DNA of 46,474 bases from Ministeria vibrans ATCC 50519 (taxonomy: Eukaryota; Protista; Filasterea), in contig CALSCP010002846.1 of NCBI GenBank assembly GCA_943704425.1, positions 1 to 46,474 of the forward strand, given 5' to 3'. This document shows positions 1 to 11,800 of the stretch, piece by piece (the stretch's first letter is position 1; every line of letters begins with the position of its first letter). A program made the position numbers and the translations under genes. Under the pieces are notes generated by a model that saw only the letters and a list, made by a program, of their open reading frames with translations, had not been told where the DNA came from and made no database searches.

Positions 1-312
1 CTCATCGCCCACCGTGCCTGGGATACCCCTTTGCCTTCCTGGTACTTCTACCTTTTACAGCTCTTTACGACCCTCGTCATCTTCCTTCAAATGACCTTTA
101 TGCCCACCCGCCACTTGCCTACGCACGTTGAGTTTGCCGATGGCGATCAGATCCCCGAGAGTGAAATCGAGCATGTGCGCGACGTCATGTGGCGCAACCG
201 CCGTTACTTCCACTACCAACAGGGCGATGTGATGCTCATTGACAACCGTGCCGTCTCCCATGGCCGTATGCCCTATGCGGGTCCGCGCAAGGTCGTCGTC
301 GCCTGGTTCTGA
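1..312 (+). CDS. 3' end of a TauD/TfdA-family Fe(II)/2-oxoglutarate dioxygenase (DdaC/SyrP-like); 5' part lies outside the window
   Basis: The frame is open from base 1. The C-terminus ...FADGDQIP...FHYQQGDVMLIDNRAVSHGRMPYAGPRKVVVAWF* matches the TauD-family signature GD-x3-DN-x3-HGR-x-P-x3-R. Confidence 0.8.
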   Translation, partial: LIAHRAWDTPLPSWYFYLLQLFTTLVIFLQMTFMPTRHLPTHVEFADGDQIPESEIEHVRDVMWRNRRYFHYQQGDVMLIDNRAVSHGRMPYAGPRKVVVAWF

Positions 313-447
313 CCTTATGTATATGTGTGTGTGTGTGTGTGTGTTTGTGTGTGTGCGTGCGCAGTCGGCAGTACAACGTCTTTTCTTTCTTTATTATTTT
401 ATTCTCCATGCGGTCGGTACAGGTGCATCACCAATTCGCCATGCGTA

Positions 448-1125
448 TTACGATTGTTTTGTCTTCTTCGCCTCCTTGCCAAGCTCAACAATGACAAGAA
501 GACGCAGAAAGGCCACAACAAACACAGTCGCCATAGTCGGAATGGAATGCTCATCAACGGACCAGCCGACGCAAGACAGAAACATGGCCACATGAGCAAA
601 GTCTCCGACAAACATGAGCAGCTGTGCTCGTTGGCACACTCGCGCTGTCAATCCGCCGTAGTAAAAAATGTACTGTAAGCAAAATAATTGTCAAATTTCA
701 ATTTCAATTTTTGAGGTGTTTTCCTTCTGATCCGACACCACTCGTCCGTATGACCTAGTGTAGTAGTCGCACGGCAACCTCCTCCAGCAATCAGCATCAC
801 AGACAACAAACACAGCGAGGCAATGGCACATCATATTGAATGACACAACATACACTCACTCACTCACCTGCAGCGTTGTAAACATGAAAAGCATAAAGGA
901 AAAGTGCTTTACAAACGTCAATACTAACGGCATGGCGTCTGGAGAGCTCTGCGCAGCCTCGTATTGCTGTGGGAGCATCACCTGCGCGAGAGATCACAAT
1001 ATATAAATACAGACGCAACATTTTCGCCAGACCTGCGCCAAGACAGCCGGCACAAATATTCCCATTGTCGAGGTGATGACATTGATCGTAAGGTCAATCG
1101 GATAGAAGATACTTCGAATCCCCAT
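448..1125 (-). CDS. Small multi-pass membrane protein of unknown function, 3 exons (1125-1033, 981-868, 672-448), 143 aa
   Basis: Three phase-0 exons joined by GT-AG introns give an uninterrupted ORF: MGIRSIFYPIDLTINVITSTMGIFVPAVLAQ|VMLPQQYE...FVKHFSFMLFMFTTLQ|YIFYYGGL...LMFVGDFAHVAMFL...TVFVVAFLRLLVIVELGKEAKKTKQS*. It has about 4 hydrophobic segments and a basic tail. Confidence 0.7.
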
Positions 1126-1342
1126 CAGATCAGTCGGTTAAAAAAAGTGATCCTATTAATTCGTATTATATTATATATAGAAGAAGAAGAATACAACCCA
1201 TTTATTAATGATACAGTCACCACGCAAAGACACAGCCAGACCGCCTTGCAAACTCAACCAAAACTTTTGAGATAACATGGGAGTTAACTAAACTGATTAT
1301 GTTTTACTGAAGGAGAAGAAGTAATACAATAATTTAATACTG

Positions 1343-2644
1343 CTATCTTCCGATCATATTCGATCCGCACACTCTTAACGTCTGTCCCACCATGCGTGCT
1401 CGAGGGTCGGCAAGAAAGGCCACGGCCGAGGCAATGTCGACGGGAAAGCCGCCCTGCTGGAGGGCACTGGCGCGACGAGCCATCTCGCGTGGTACCTTCG
1501 CAACACTCTGTGTCATTTGAGTCTCAATAAACCCCGGTGCAATGCAGTTGTGCACCACTCCGTGTTGGCGCAAGTGCACCTCCTCTCGCGCATACCCCGT
1601 CAGGCCCGCCTTGGCAAACGAATAGTTGATCTGCCCGGCATTGCCCGCCAGCCCCACAATCGACGACATGTGCACAGCACGCGAACCGCGCTGCAACAGC
1701 CCCGTTCCCGTCAGACAGTCCGTCAGTGCACGCGGCACATCATAGTCAAGATGCACCACCCGTCGAAACTCGTCCGAGGTCATTTTGGCACAGAGACGAT
1801 CAATGACAATGCCCGCATTGTTCACAAGCACATCCACTCGCGCCCCCTCCAAATGCGACTTGGTCACTCGCGCAATCTCCTCGACCGCACCCTCGTCGCT
1901 CAGATCCACAGCACACTCCACAACCGTCGCTGCGTCGCCAATCTCTTGCGCGAGCGTCGCCAGTGCCTCCGCTTGTGACGGATGGTCCACCACCACCAAC
2001 TCAGTAATGCCTTCGAGCACCAACTGAAGCGCCACACTGCGACCAATGCCCTGCGCTGCGCCCGTCACCACCGCACTCCGTGTCGTCGTCGTCGTCTGAG
2101 CCTCGCCGGTCGAAGTGCATTGCACGACCTGGCCACTAATGAAGGCACTGTGCGGCGACAACAAGAACCGCTCGGCAAAAGTTGGCGCCGGCTCAGTCGC
2201 CTCGTCGCTGATCACAAGGTTCGCAGTGGCGCCAAAGCGCCCTGCCTCCTTAGCAAGCGTACGCACAAAGCCTTCGACTGCAGCCGCGTGACTTGCGGTC
2301 GCTGTGGCCGACGGGAGATGGCACACAAAGCGCAACGGAACACCGTCACCGCCAGCATTCGCCTTGATCGCCGCCAACCACGACTGCGCCTGGGCGAAAA
2401 GCTTCTCAGGTGACTCTACCCCAGCTACGCGTCGTGTGACGTCACTCTCAACCCAAGGCGTGGACGCAAGCGACGAGACGCGCTCTCCGACAGCGCGACA
2501 CAGCTCCACCGGCTTCGACAGCCCTGCCACCGAACCCACGACTTTGTCGGCCACCGCGCCGAGGCCAGTCGCATCTCGTGCTGCCTGTGCATCCAAGAAC
2601 TGCCGTCGCAGCGCATTGGATACTCGTTGAATGGAGGCGTTCAT
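1343..2644 (-). CDS. 3-oxoacyl-reductase SDR of the high-molecular-weight FabG4 type, intronless
   Basis: SDR motifs TGAAQGIG, NNAG and SS...NYSFAK (YxxxK). The extra N-terminal domain has EGFVRTLAKEAGRFGATANLV and FLLSPHSAFISGQV, characteristic of FabG4 (Rv0242c-like) proteins. First ATG at 2644. Confidence 0.85.
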   Translation of the reverse strand: MNASIQRVSNALRRQFLDAQAARDATGLGAVADKVVGSVAGLSKPVELCRAVGERVSSLASTPWVESDVTRRVAGVESPEKLFAQAQSWLAAIKANAGGDGVPLRFVCHLPSATATASHAAAVEGFVRTLAKEAGRFGATANLVISDEATEPAPTFAERFLLSPHSAFISGQVVQCTSTGEAQTTTTTRSAVVTGAAQGIGRSVALQLVLEGITELVVVDHPSQAEALATLAQEIGDAATVVECAVDLSDEGAVEEIARVTKSHLEGARVDVLVNNAGIVIDRLCAKMTSDEFRRVVHLDYDVPRALTDCLTGTGLLQRGSRAVHMSSIVGLAGNAGQINYSFAKAGLTGYAREEVHLRQHGVVHNCIAPGFIETQMTQSVAKVPREMARRASALQQGGFPVDIASAVAFLADPRARMVGQTLRVCGSNMIGR

Positions 2645-2829
2645 CAAAAATAACTCTCGTTTCCCTATGAGGCTATGACAGATCAAAATTTCAAAACTCA
2701 AAACTCAAGTGACAACTGATAAGTACTCCATACACCTTCCTGTCTTTCTTGCAGTCGTTGCGCGGTATTAGCACCCTCTCCCCCCCACCTCGCCTCCTTG
2801 TCGCGCTGCGCGCCTCATCCGCTGCTGCA

Positions 2830-5800
2830 ATGCCGATGCGACGACTGGCTCTGGTGCTGATGCTGTGTTTGCTGACCCCGTCGGAAATGGCCCCTGCGTC
2901 GCCGTGTACCGCCACCAGCTCCTGTCAGACTGGATCGACGTGTGTAGGCGGGTATCGGCAGACGCAGTTCTGGAACGGCGCGTCTGTCGCAGATGGCGCT
3001 CTCGGCTCCTTTTCCTTCTACGGCGCACCGCACAGCCCGTCCGCCGGCTCTCTCACCGTCACGACCAGCATCCTGTTCCCGTCGGACGCCTTCCTGCATG
3101 TCGTCATCAGCAGGACGCAGTTCCAAGTCTCGTTTGTGCCGCAGTCTCTGGACTCTTGTCTGGTCCAAAGCGAAACGGTCCATTTCAACACCCAAGAACT
3201 CAGCGCCATGGTCGCTGACGATGCCACCGTCTTCGTTGAGGTACTCACCACTGCCAACCACCACATCACCACACCGACACTCGCTGATTGTCCTTTTCTG
3301 CCTTGTTTAACTCCCAATGCTTTTTTTTTTTTTGCATCTCTTATTATTCTTACTCTATTAATTTATCATCAGACTCTAAATCATTATGACGTTCTTCTTT
3401 TATTTTTCTCAATCTTAAATTAGGTGTATGTAAATGGTGTCACGGCTGTCTGTGGTGACGGAGCTTACATTGAGGTACGTTTGCACCCCCAAGTGAGCCG
3501 CTTAGTCTAAAACTCTCTCTTTGTAGGTGACACTCGCATTGGACACTCTCGATCAACATTACTGCGAGTGTCCCTCCGGCGTCTCGGGTCCTCACTGCGG
3601 TATTGCTCAGAATGAATGCGACAGCAGCAACATCACTTGCGCAAACGGCGGGCTTTGTCAAAGCCGCTTTGGCTCGGCCACTCTTGAAGTACTACTTCAA
3701 AATATCTCTTGCAACCAGACTCTCAACCCCTCTTTTAGCAATCGGGCGTAGACAGTTCCAACACTCTTGTATATACGTTTGGATCGACCTCTCTCTCGCA
3801 ATTCGAATTACGATCCGACATTGCAAACGGAACTCTGATTCTTGAAAGTACATCAAACACACTCTCTCGAAAACCCTCACTCACTCTCTTTTTGTTTCTC
3901 AGCAAATGGCGATTTCTTCAGCGTATCAGAATACGCATCAATCAATTCAAATGGCTTCAAAGTACCCAAAACGCCCACTCTGCACACACACATAAATAAG
4001 TTTTTCCTTTTTGTTTTAGAGCACTGCCTTTACTGCATCAAGTGCTTCCGACTGCTCCGTGCGCGTCGACCGGATCCCTTTGACTGAATTTCAAGTGCTT
4101 GACCTTCTCACGTCCTCTCTTTTTGCCGTCTTCACTTCCTCTGTCAGTTCTCAAACCTGCCCTTCAGCGACACTTAAAATCACTCTTGAAATCGAGACGC
4201 TCTCGCGCTCGTCTCCCTGCGTGTGCTCATCCGGCTTCACCGGTTTCGACTGCACCGACGAAAGCCGATGTGTGTCGGGCGTCAATGACTGTCTCAACGG
4301 TGCAACCTGTCAAACGGGGTACACTCAGTCGCAGGTCGTGTCCGAGCCCACCGGCGACCAATCGCCCTCCTTTATCTTTGATTCTCTTCCCCTGACCTTT
4401 ACGGGGGATGCTCTCATCACTGTCGCAACGGTACTGCATGATGAATCAATGGAATTCATTCTAACATACTTACACTCACTCGCTCTTGCATGCACCGTCA
4501 CACAACTTTAGAACGGTGACTTCTCATCCTCCTCGCAAGTCGCCTATGTCGCCGGTCGTGCTCTTTTTGCCACGAGCTACCCAGTCCAGACAGCCTGTCC
4601 CTACCAGACTGAGTCTTTCACAATGAGCAGTGACGAGTTTCGTCGCAGAATAGCCCCTTTCAGCAACAACATCATGTAAGGATACGTTTCCACTCACCTC
4701 ACTCACAGTTTTCCATTTCATCGCTTGTTGTACTTTTCTGTTACAACAAAAGTATGATATTTGTCCCTCACTCACAAAAATAATTTTCCTTTATATATAT
4801 AGTCTTCCTGTACTGTTTTCTTCGTCTGTCTCCATTAACAACTGCCAGGGAATCAGTGCTTTCTTCCAAGTGACCCTGTCGCTCAGTGGCAGCCTTGAAG
4901 ACCGCACCTGTCTCTGCCCCAGTCTGTACGACGGCGAGCTGTGCGATGTAACTATCAACGAGTGCGCCCTCTCTAACCCCTCTGTCTGTCTCAACGGTGG
5001 AACCTGCAATCCCCGGTATGCATCGAGTTATTTCCCTTTTGCGCTCTACCCCTTCCTCACACTTTCTTCTTTCGCTTAGTTATACGGACGTCACACATCA
5101 AATGGACAATGTCTATCATCCCACAACAAAAACCTTCTCCGCGTTCGGCACTGACATTTCCTATACCAACATCAAAAGCGCCAAAGTATCACAAATGGCA
5201 TGTTCTGTCCCGTCCAACAGTATCTCAATCATTCCATTCCTTTTAGCTGACTGTTGTCTCAAATGGTGATTTTGGATCTTCAAGTGAGTACATGTCAATG
5301 CTCATGCCCGGAGATATCACTGTATTCCGTTCTATTGCATCCGGTAAGTATTATTGTGTGTTGCGTTGACTTGCTCTCTTTTCACTCTAAACGTTTTTTT
5401 GTTTAGATTGTATTGTTCGCACGGAAACATTTGAGTTTCCCACGCAAACGGCGGCGCAACTTGTGTCGCTTTCGAGCTATGGTGTGCTTTTTTCAAGCAC
5501 AGTTTCCCTTTCAGCGTGCTCCGACCCTCTGGCAACATTTTCTCTTCGTGTCGAATCGACCACCATGGCACCCTGTACCTGCCCAACGGGATTCACTGGT
5601 GCATTGTGTGAGACCGACATTGACGAATGTAGCGCCTCCAACCCGTGTGTTATGCTCCACAATCGTGATTGTGTCAACCATCTGTCGCTCACGGGTGACT
5701 ATGTGGGACCTGTAGACTCTAGTCACGGTCCCTTTGACATCACGATACCCTTTCCCTCGCCCATCCAGTCGGATCAAGGCACTTGGTAAAAAAGAGTGAA

Positions 5801-8800
5801 AGAAAGAAGAAAAGAAAAAAAGTGCGCCACTTAAGCCCTTATGTTTTCTTATTAATTCAGGCTTATGACTGTCGTTGCTCGCTCCGACTTAAGCAGCACA
5901 AACGAGTTCCTTGCCATCTCCACCTCGTCGGGTTTCTCTCACGACTTTTTCACTACCATCACTCGCGTGGACTGCCTCGATTTTACCGAATCAGTTTCCC
6001 TCACTCCATCTCAGGTAAAATATCATCCAAGTAAAGTTGGCGCAATCTTGCGATTCATTTTTGTTTCAACCCTTTCGACTTCNNNNNNNNNNAAAAAAAA
6101 AAAAAAAAAAAAAAATAGTAATAAGAAAAAACCGATGCACACACGTTTTTTTCTAGGTCTCGTCTATGTTGACAACGTCGGGCTTTGTCTTTACTGTGAG
6201 CCCCTCTAGCGCAGTTGCATCTTTTTGTGACGATACATTTGTCAATATTACTCTCGAGCTTGTCGGCGGCGCCTATGTGTGCCCTTGCACTGCTGGCTTC
6301 TCAGGCTCATCCTGCGGCGGTGACGTTGATGAATGTGCCCTGGGCACAGCGCAGTGCTCTAACTCGCGCACTTGCAACAACGCATTCAACATGTCTCAGG
6401 TACATGGCCCCCCCGTGGTCGGCGCCCTCTACGAATACGAACTGCCTGTGCCATTTCCGTTGGGCGAGCCCCAGGGCAACTTCTATCTCAACGTCACAGC
6501 CCTGCTCAATTTTGCGCCTAAAAACAACCAAATCCTCGTGTCGAATAATGATGCACAACTGTTCGAGCTTCCCTTCCGATTCTTCTTTGGCGCATCTGCT
6601 TTGGACATTGAGTGTCGAACAGTCTCTCAAGTTTTTCCGCTCACCTACGACCAAGTGCTAAGTGTTACGCACAATGGTACCCAACCCGCCCGATTTAACA
6701 TCTCCACTCACGGGGAAAGGGGCACTATTGATCCGTTTGCGTGCACCGACGTGCCTGGCGTTGGTGCAACATTTATCAAATTGGGACTCGAAGTGGTCGC
6801 TGGCACGTACATTTGCGACTGTCCCTACCCGTACACGGGCGTCACGTGTGACACCCTTGTGGACGAGTGTGCCTCCTATCCATGCGTACACGGCCTTTGT
6901 ACCATGACTCCCGTCGGCTACCAATGTACCTGTTCATCGGGCGCCTCCGGCCCCACCTGCGCCGTCACCTCCGGAGCGTGCTCTGGGACACAACAGCCCT
7001 CAACACTGTGCGGCAGCCACGGCACTTGTCTGCCCACCTTCTACCAGAAGACGTACAGCGTCTCGTCATTCCTACCAGCTATCTACCCAATCTCTTTCTC
7101 TTTTAATGATGCCAGTCTCACTCCGTCTGCAGTCGTCTCGCTCATTGTCGAGCTCAGCAACGCCAATGTCGACGATATACGCATAATTGATTCTGCCTCC
7201 TACGTCCTCTCCTCTCACAATGTCTCCTTCACCGTCGGAAACTACTCTCAGACCCTCTTTGCAGCCGACGCCGGCTACTGTCTTGCCTCCAACCAACAGG
7301 GCGCCTCGATTCCAACCGACCAGTTCATTGCCAGTGGGAACAAAGTAATGCTTGACCTCTCCTCAGTACTTGCCTGTGGCCTCACCGATCCCAGCATCAC
7401 TGTCACTTTAAACGTCGCGAACGCTCACGCAACCCAGTGTGACTGTGACCCAGGGTAACACCAAGACAACACGCAAAGACACGAAATCGCTCTGAAACAA
7501 AAATAAAAACTCTTTTCTTTTCTTCAGGTACGCTGGAGCGAAATGTGACGAGGACTATGACGAGTGCAGTTCCTCGCCGTGTCCTACCACATTATCAACA
7601 CCGCGTGTGTGCACCGACTCGTTTACACAGACTGTGTTCCATGGAAACGCCTTCTATCCCAACGTTCAGTGGTTCAATTTTAGTGTGCCCGAGCCGTTTC
7701 CCTCAAGCGACAGCCTGTGGACCCTCACGGCCACGACCAATGTTGACCTTAATCTTGACTCGGAGTACATCCTGTTGCAGACGGAGTTCACTTCATTCCA
7801 TCTATTTGAATTGCCTCCTTTTGCTCCCGACTGTACCACAATCAATACGACGCTGTCTTTCTCTGGCGCCGACCTGCTCACCCTCAGCAACCAGGGCACT
7901 TCCGAAATCTCTATTCTCGCCTCGTATGTCAATGTCCAAGGCTTCTGTCCCAACAGTTATCTCAGTATGACTCTCTCCCTTGTCTCGCGTGGCTTTGTCT
8001 GCGCTTGTGTGCACCCCATGACCGGGTAGGTTGCACGACGATACTACTGATCCACTGACCTTCTATATTGCTTTGTTTCTTTTCTCTCCATCACGTTGTT
8101 TCCTTTCCATCACGTTGTTTCCTTTCCATCACGTTGTTTCCTCTCTATCACGTTGTTTCCTCTCTATCACGTTGTTTCCTCTCTATCACGTTGTTTCCTC
8201 TCTATTACGTTGCTTTCTCTCTATCACGCTGCTTCCTCTCTGTCACGCTGCTTCCTCTCTGTCACGCTGTTTCCTCTCCCTCCTCTTTCTCCTCCTGCTT
8301 TCTATTGTGGTTTAGACTGAATTGCACAACGGAAATAGACACATGTGCCTCGTCTCCGTGTCTCAATGGTGGGACATGCACGAATGTAGCCGGTAGCTAC
8401 ACATGCACGTGTCTTTTGGGGCTTACAGGCATCAACTGTGAAGTGGACGAACAAGAGTGCATCTCGTCCCCCTGCCAAAATGGTGCAAGTTGTACGGATC
8501 GCTATGGTCTGTTTGGCAATTCGGCGACATTGTTTCCTTCACAAGGCATTGCAACCATGTTGAATCTTTTCAATGCGCCTTTGACGTCGATTTCAGCAGG
8601 CGTCATTTTTGTGTCTGCCACAGGTTTCCGATTTCCGGAGAACAATAATTTCCCGACCTATATTCACATCGCCGCTCTAGACGTACCATCTATTTCGGGG
8701 GATCTCTTCAAGTACACTGGAAGTCCCAGGTGTGATGACGCTGACACCGCACAACTGTTCCTCAATGCCACCCAAGCACAACAGCTTCTGGCGGCCTTCA

Positions 8801-11800
8801 TTATCAATTTCCAAATTAGCCTTTTTTCTGTCTCAACTGGATCCTGCGACGCGCCGACAGTCACACTTTCCCTCTACGTCAGCGTCAACGAGTCTTTGTG
8901 TCACTGCGCGCCGGGATTCACTGGTGATGTGTGCGACATCTCAATCAACGAGTGTGCCTCGTCACCGTGTGCCAACGGTGCCAATTGCATCGACTCTAAC
9001 GGTCTGTTCACATGCGTGTGTCCTGCCGGGCGCACCGGTGCCCTTTGTGAGAGCGACGTTTCAGAGTGTGCTTCGCAACCCTGTGAAAATGGTGGTACCT
9101 GCATCGATTCGCTCACCCTTGACCATTTTCTGTGCGTGTGCCAGCTTGGATTCACCGGCATCGTTTGCGAAACTGACATCGACGAGTGTGTCTCGACTCC
9201 CTGCTTTAATGGCGCCACTTGCATTGACCAGGTCAATTCAGTTGTTTGTGTCTGTCTTTCGGGATTTGCCGGTGACTTTTGCACCACCAACATTGACGAT
9301 TGTGCCTTGCAACCGTGTGAAAATGGCGCCACGTGTATCGACGGAACTGGTAGTTTTGACTGTGTGTGTCTTGCCGGCTATACCGGCGTCTTGTGTGAGA
9401 CCGACGTTGACGACTGTGTTTCATCTCCCTGTCGCAATGGGGGTGTGTGTCGCGACGACAACAATCGCTTCTCGTGCACCTGTGTGCCTGGATTCTCTGG
9501 TCCCACTTGTGCGTTTGATCTCAACGAGTGTGACTCGTCCCCGTGCCTCAACGGTGGTGCTTGCAACAACCACGCCAATGGCTACTCGTGCGACTGTCCC
9601 GTCGGATTGAGCGGTGCTCAGTGCCAGAGTAATGTCAACGAGTGTGCCTCGGGACCTTGTGAGAATGGCGCTACTTGTGTCGACACCATTGCGACCTACT
9701 CGTGTGTGTGTCCTCGCGGTGTTACCGGCATTCAATGCGAATCCATCGTCGACGAGTGTGCCTCGTCTCCCTGTTGGAATGGTGCTACCTGTCTTGATTT
9801 TTCAGGCGCGTATATTTGCGCATGCCACGCCGGAACCACCGGGGAAAACTGCGAGTCTGACATTGACGAGGTACATCAAAAAAAAAAGTCTTTCTCTAAC
9901 CTCCTCATTATAGTGCTCTTCATTTCCTTGTGACAACGGTGGTACGTGTTCGACAGGCGCTATCTTTGGGGTGTTTTCATGTACCTGTCCCGATGGATAC
10001 AATGGCAGCCGCTGTGGAGTGGACGTCGACGAGTGTGCATCATCGCCATGCACCCATGGCGGCACTTGCATTGATCGCGTTGCGGGTTTTGTGTGTCAGT
10101 GTGCCCTTGGTTTTACCGGTGCTCAATGTCTAGTTGACATTGATGAGTGTGCCAGTAGTCCGTGTCTCAACGGCGCACTCTGCTCGACGCCCGCCGTCGA
10201 TGCCTTCCGTTGCGCTTGTCCAGCCGGTATCACGGGTGCCCAATGCCAAACCGACATTGACGAATGCGCCTCTAATCCCTGTGAATTCGGCTCGTGTCAA
10301 GACCTCAGTGCCACCTTCAAGTGTCTATGCGATCCTTTTTACACGGGTAAGACGTGTGACACGCAAATTGACGAGTGTGAATCGTCGCCGTGTGCAAATG
10401 GAGCCAGCTGCACGGACCAAGGTCGTGGATTCCTCTGCGAATGTACCAAAGGCTACACCAACGCACAGTGCCAGACAAACATTGACGAGTGTGAATCTTC
10501 ACCGTGTAAACACGGCGGAGTGTGTCATGATGCTGTGGATGCCTTTGTGTGTGAGTGCCCTCAGGGTTTTACTGGTAGTCAGTGTGAAGAGGACGTGGAC
10601 GAGTGTGCGTCGCAACCGTGCGGCGCAGGCATTGCCGTCTCGTGCGTGGATTTGCCCGGCGACTTCCAATGCATCTGTGGGCAGGGTGTGGCGTCGGGCG
10701 GTCACGACTGTGACGAGGAGTGTCTGTCGCATCCCTGTGCCAATGGTGGCACATGTACCGATCAGCTGTTGGGTTTTAATTGCACCTGCGCTGCCGGCTT
10801 TTTTGGTCATGACTGCTCGGCCGACACCGACGAGTGTGCATCGTGTCCGTGTGTCAATGCCGCGACTTGTGACGATATCCCCAACGGCTTTGTGTGTCAG
10901 TGTCTTGCCGGTTTTACAGGAACCCATTGTCAGAGTGATATCGACGAGTGTGCCTCGGATCCCTGCGAGCACGGGGGCACATGTGTCAACGCAGTCGTGC
11001 CAGGCATATTTGCGTGTCACTGCCCGACCGGTTTCAGTGGCGTTGTATGCGACGTGAACGTGAACGATTGTGAGTCAAGTCCCTGTTATCATGGCGGCTC
11101 ATGCTTGGATGGCGTGGACAGCTACCAGTGTGACTGTGCCGTGGGGTTTACCGGCGCTTCGTGCTCGACCGATATTGACGAGTGTGTTTCGTCGCCCTGT
11201 GAAAATGGCGCCGAGTGTCTTGACCAGTCGGGAGTCTTTACGTGTCTCTGTCCGACCGGTTTCACCGACGCTCGATGTGCCATCAACATTGACGACTGTG
11301 CAGCGCCTCCTCTCCTGGACCAAGCGACTGTGTGTCACCATGGAGGCACGTGCAGTGACGGTGTGGCAAGTTTTGTCTGTGACTGTCCAGCCGGTTACAC
11401 AGGCACGACGTGTGCGACGGAAATTGACGAGTGTTCTTCTGCTCCCTGTGAGCATGGCGACTGCACCGACTTGTTTGATGGGTTCCATTGCTTATGTCCA
11501 CCAGGGATTACGGGCGCCACCTGTGCCGACGACATTGATGAGTGTGTGTCGTCACCATGTGCCTTTGGGTCAACGTGTGTCAACCAAATCAACATGGGTG
11601 CCACGTGCCTGTGTCCGTGTGGACGCACGGGTGTTGCGTGCGACGTAGACATTGACGAGTGCCAGTCGGGTCCGTGTGAAAATGGAGCGACGTGCACCGA
11701 TGATGTATGCAATATACAGTGCATGTGTGCCGCCGGCTTTGTCGGCTCACGGTGTCAGCAGGAAATCAATGAATGTGTCTCGTCGCCCTGCCAGAACGCC

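Noticed and set aside
8068-8315. Repetitive N-terminus (SRCFLSITLFPLYHVVS) of the 621-aa ORF as protein
   Set aside because: It lies within intron 8026-8315. Splicing joins HPMTG to LNC and completes the EGF.
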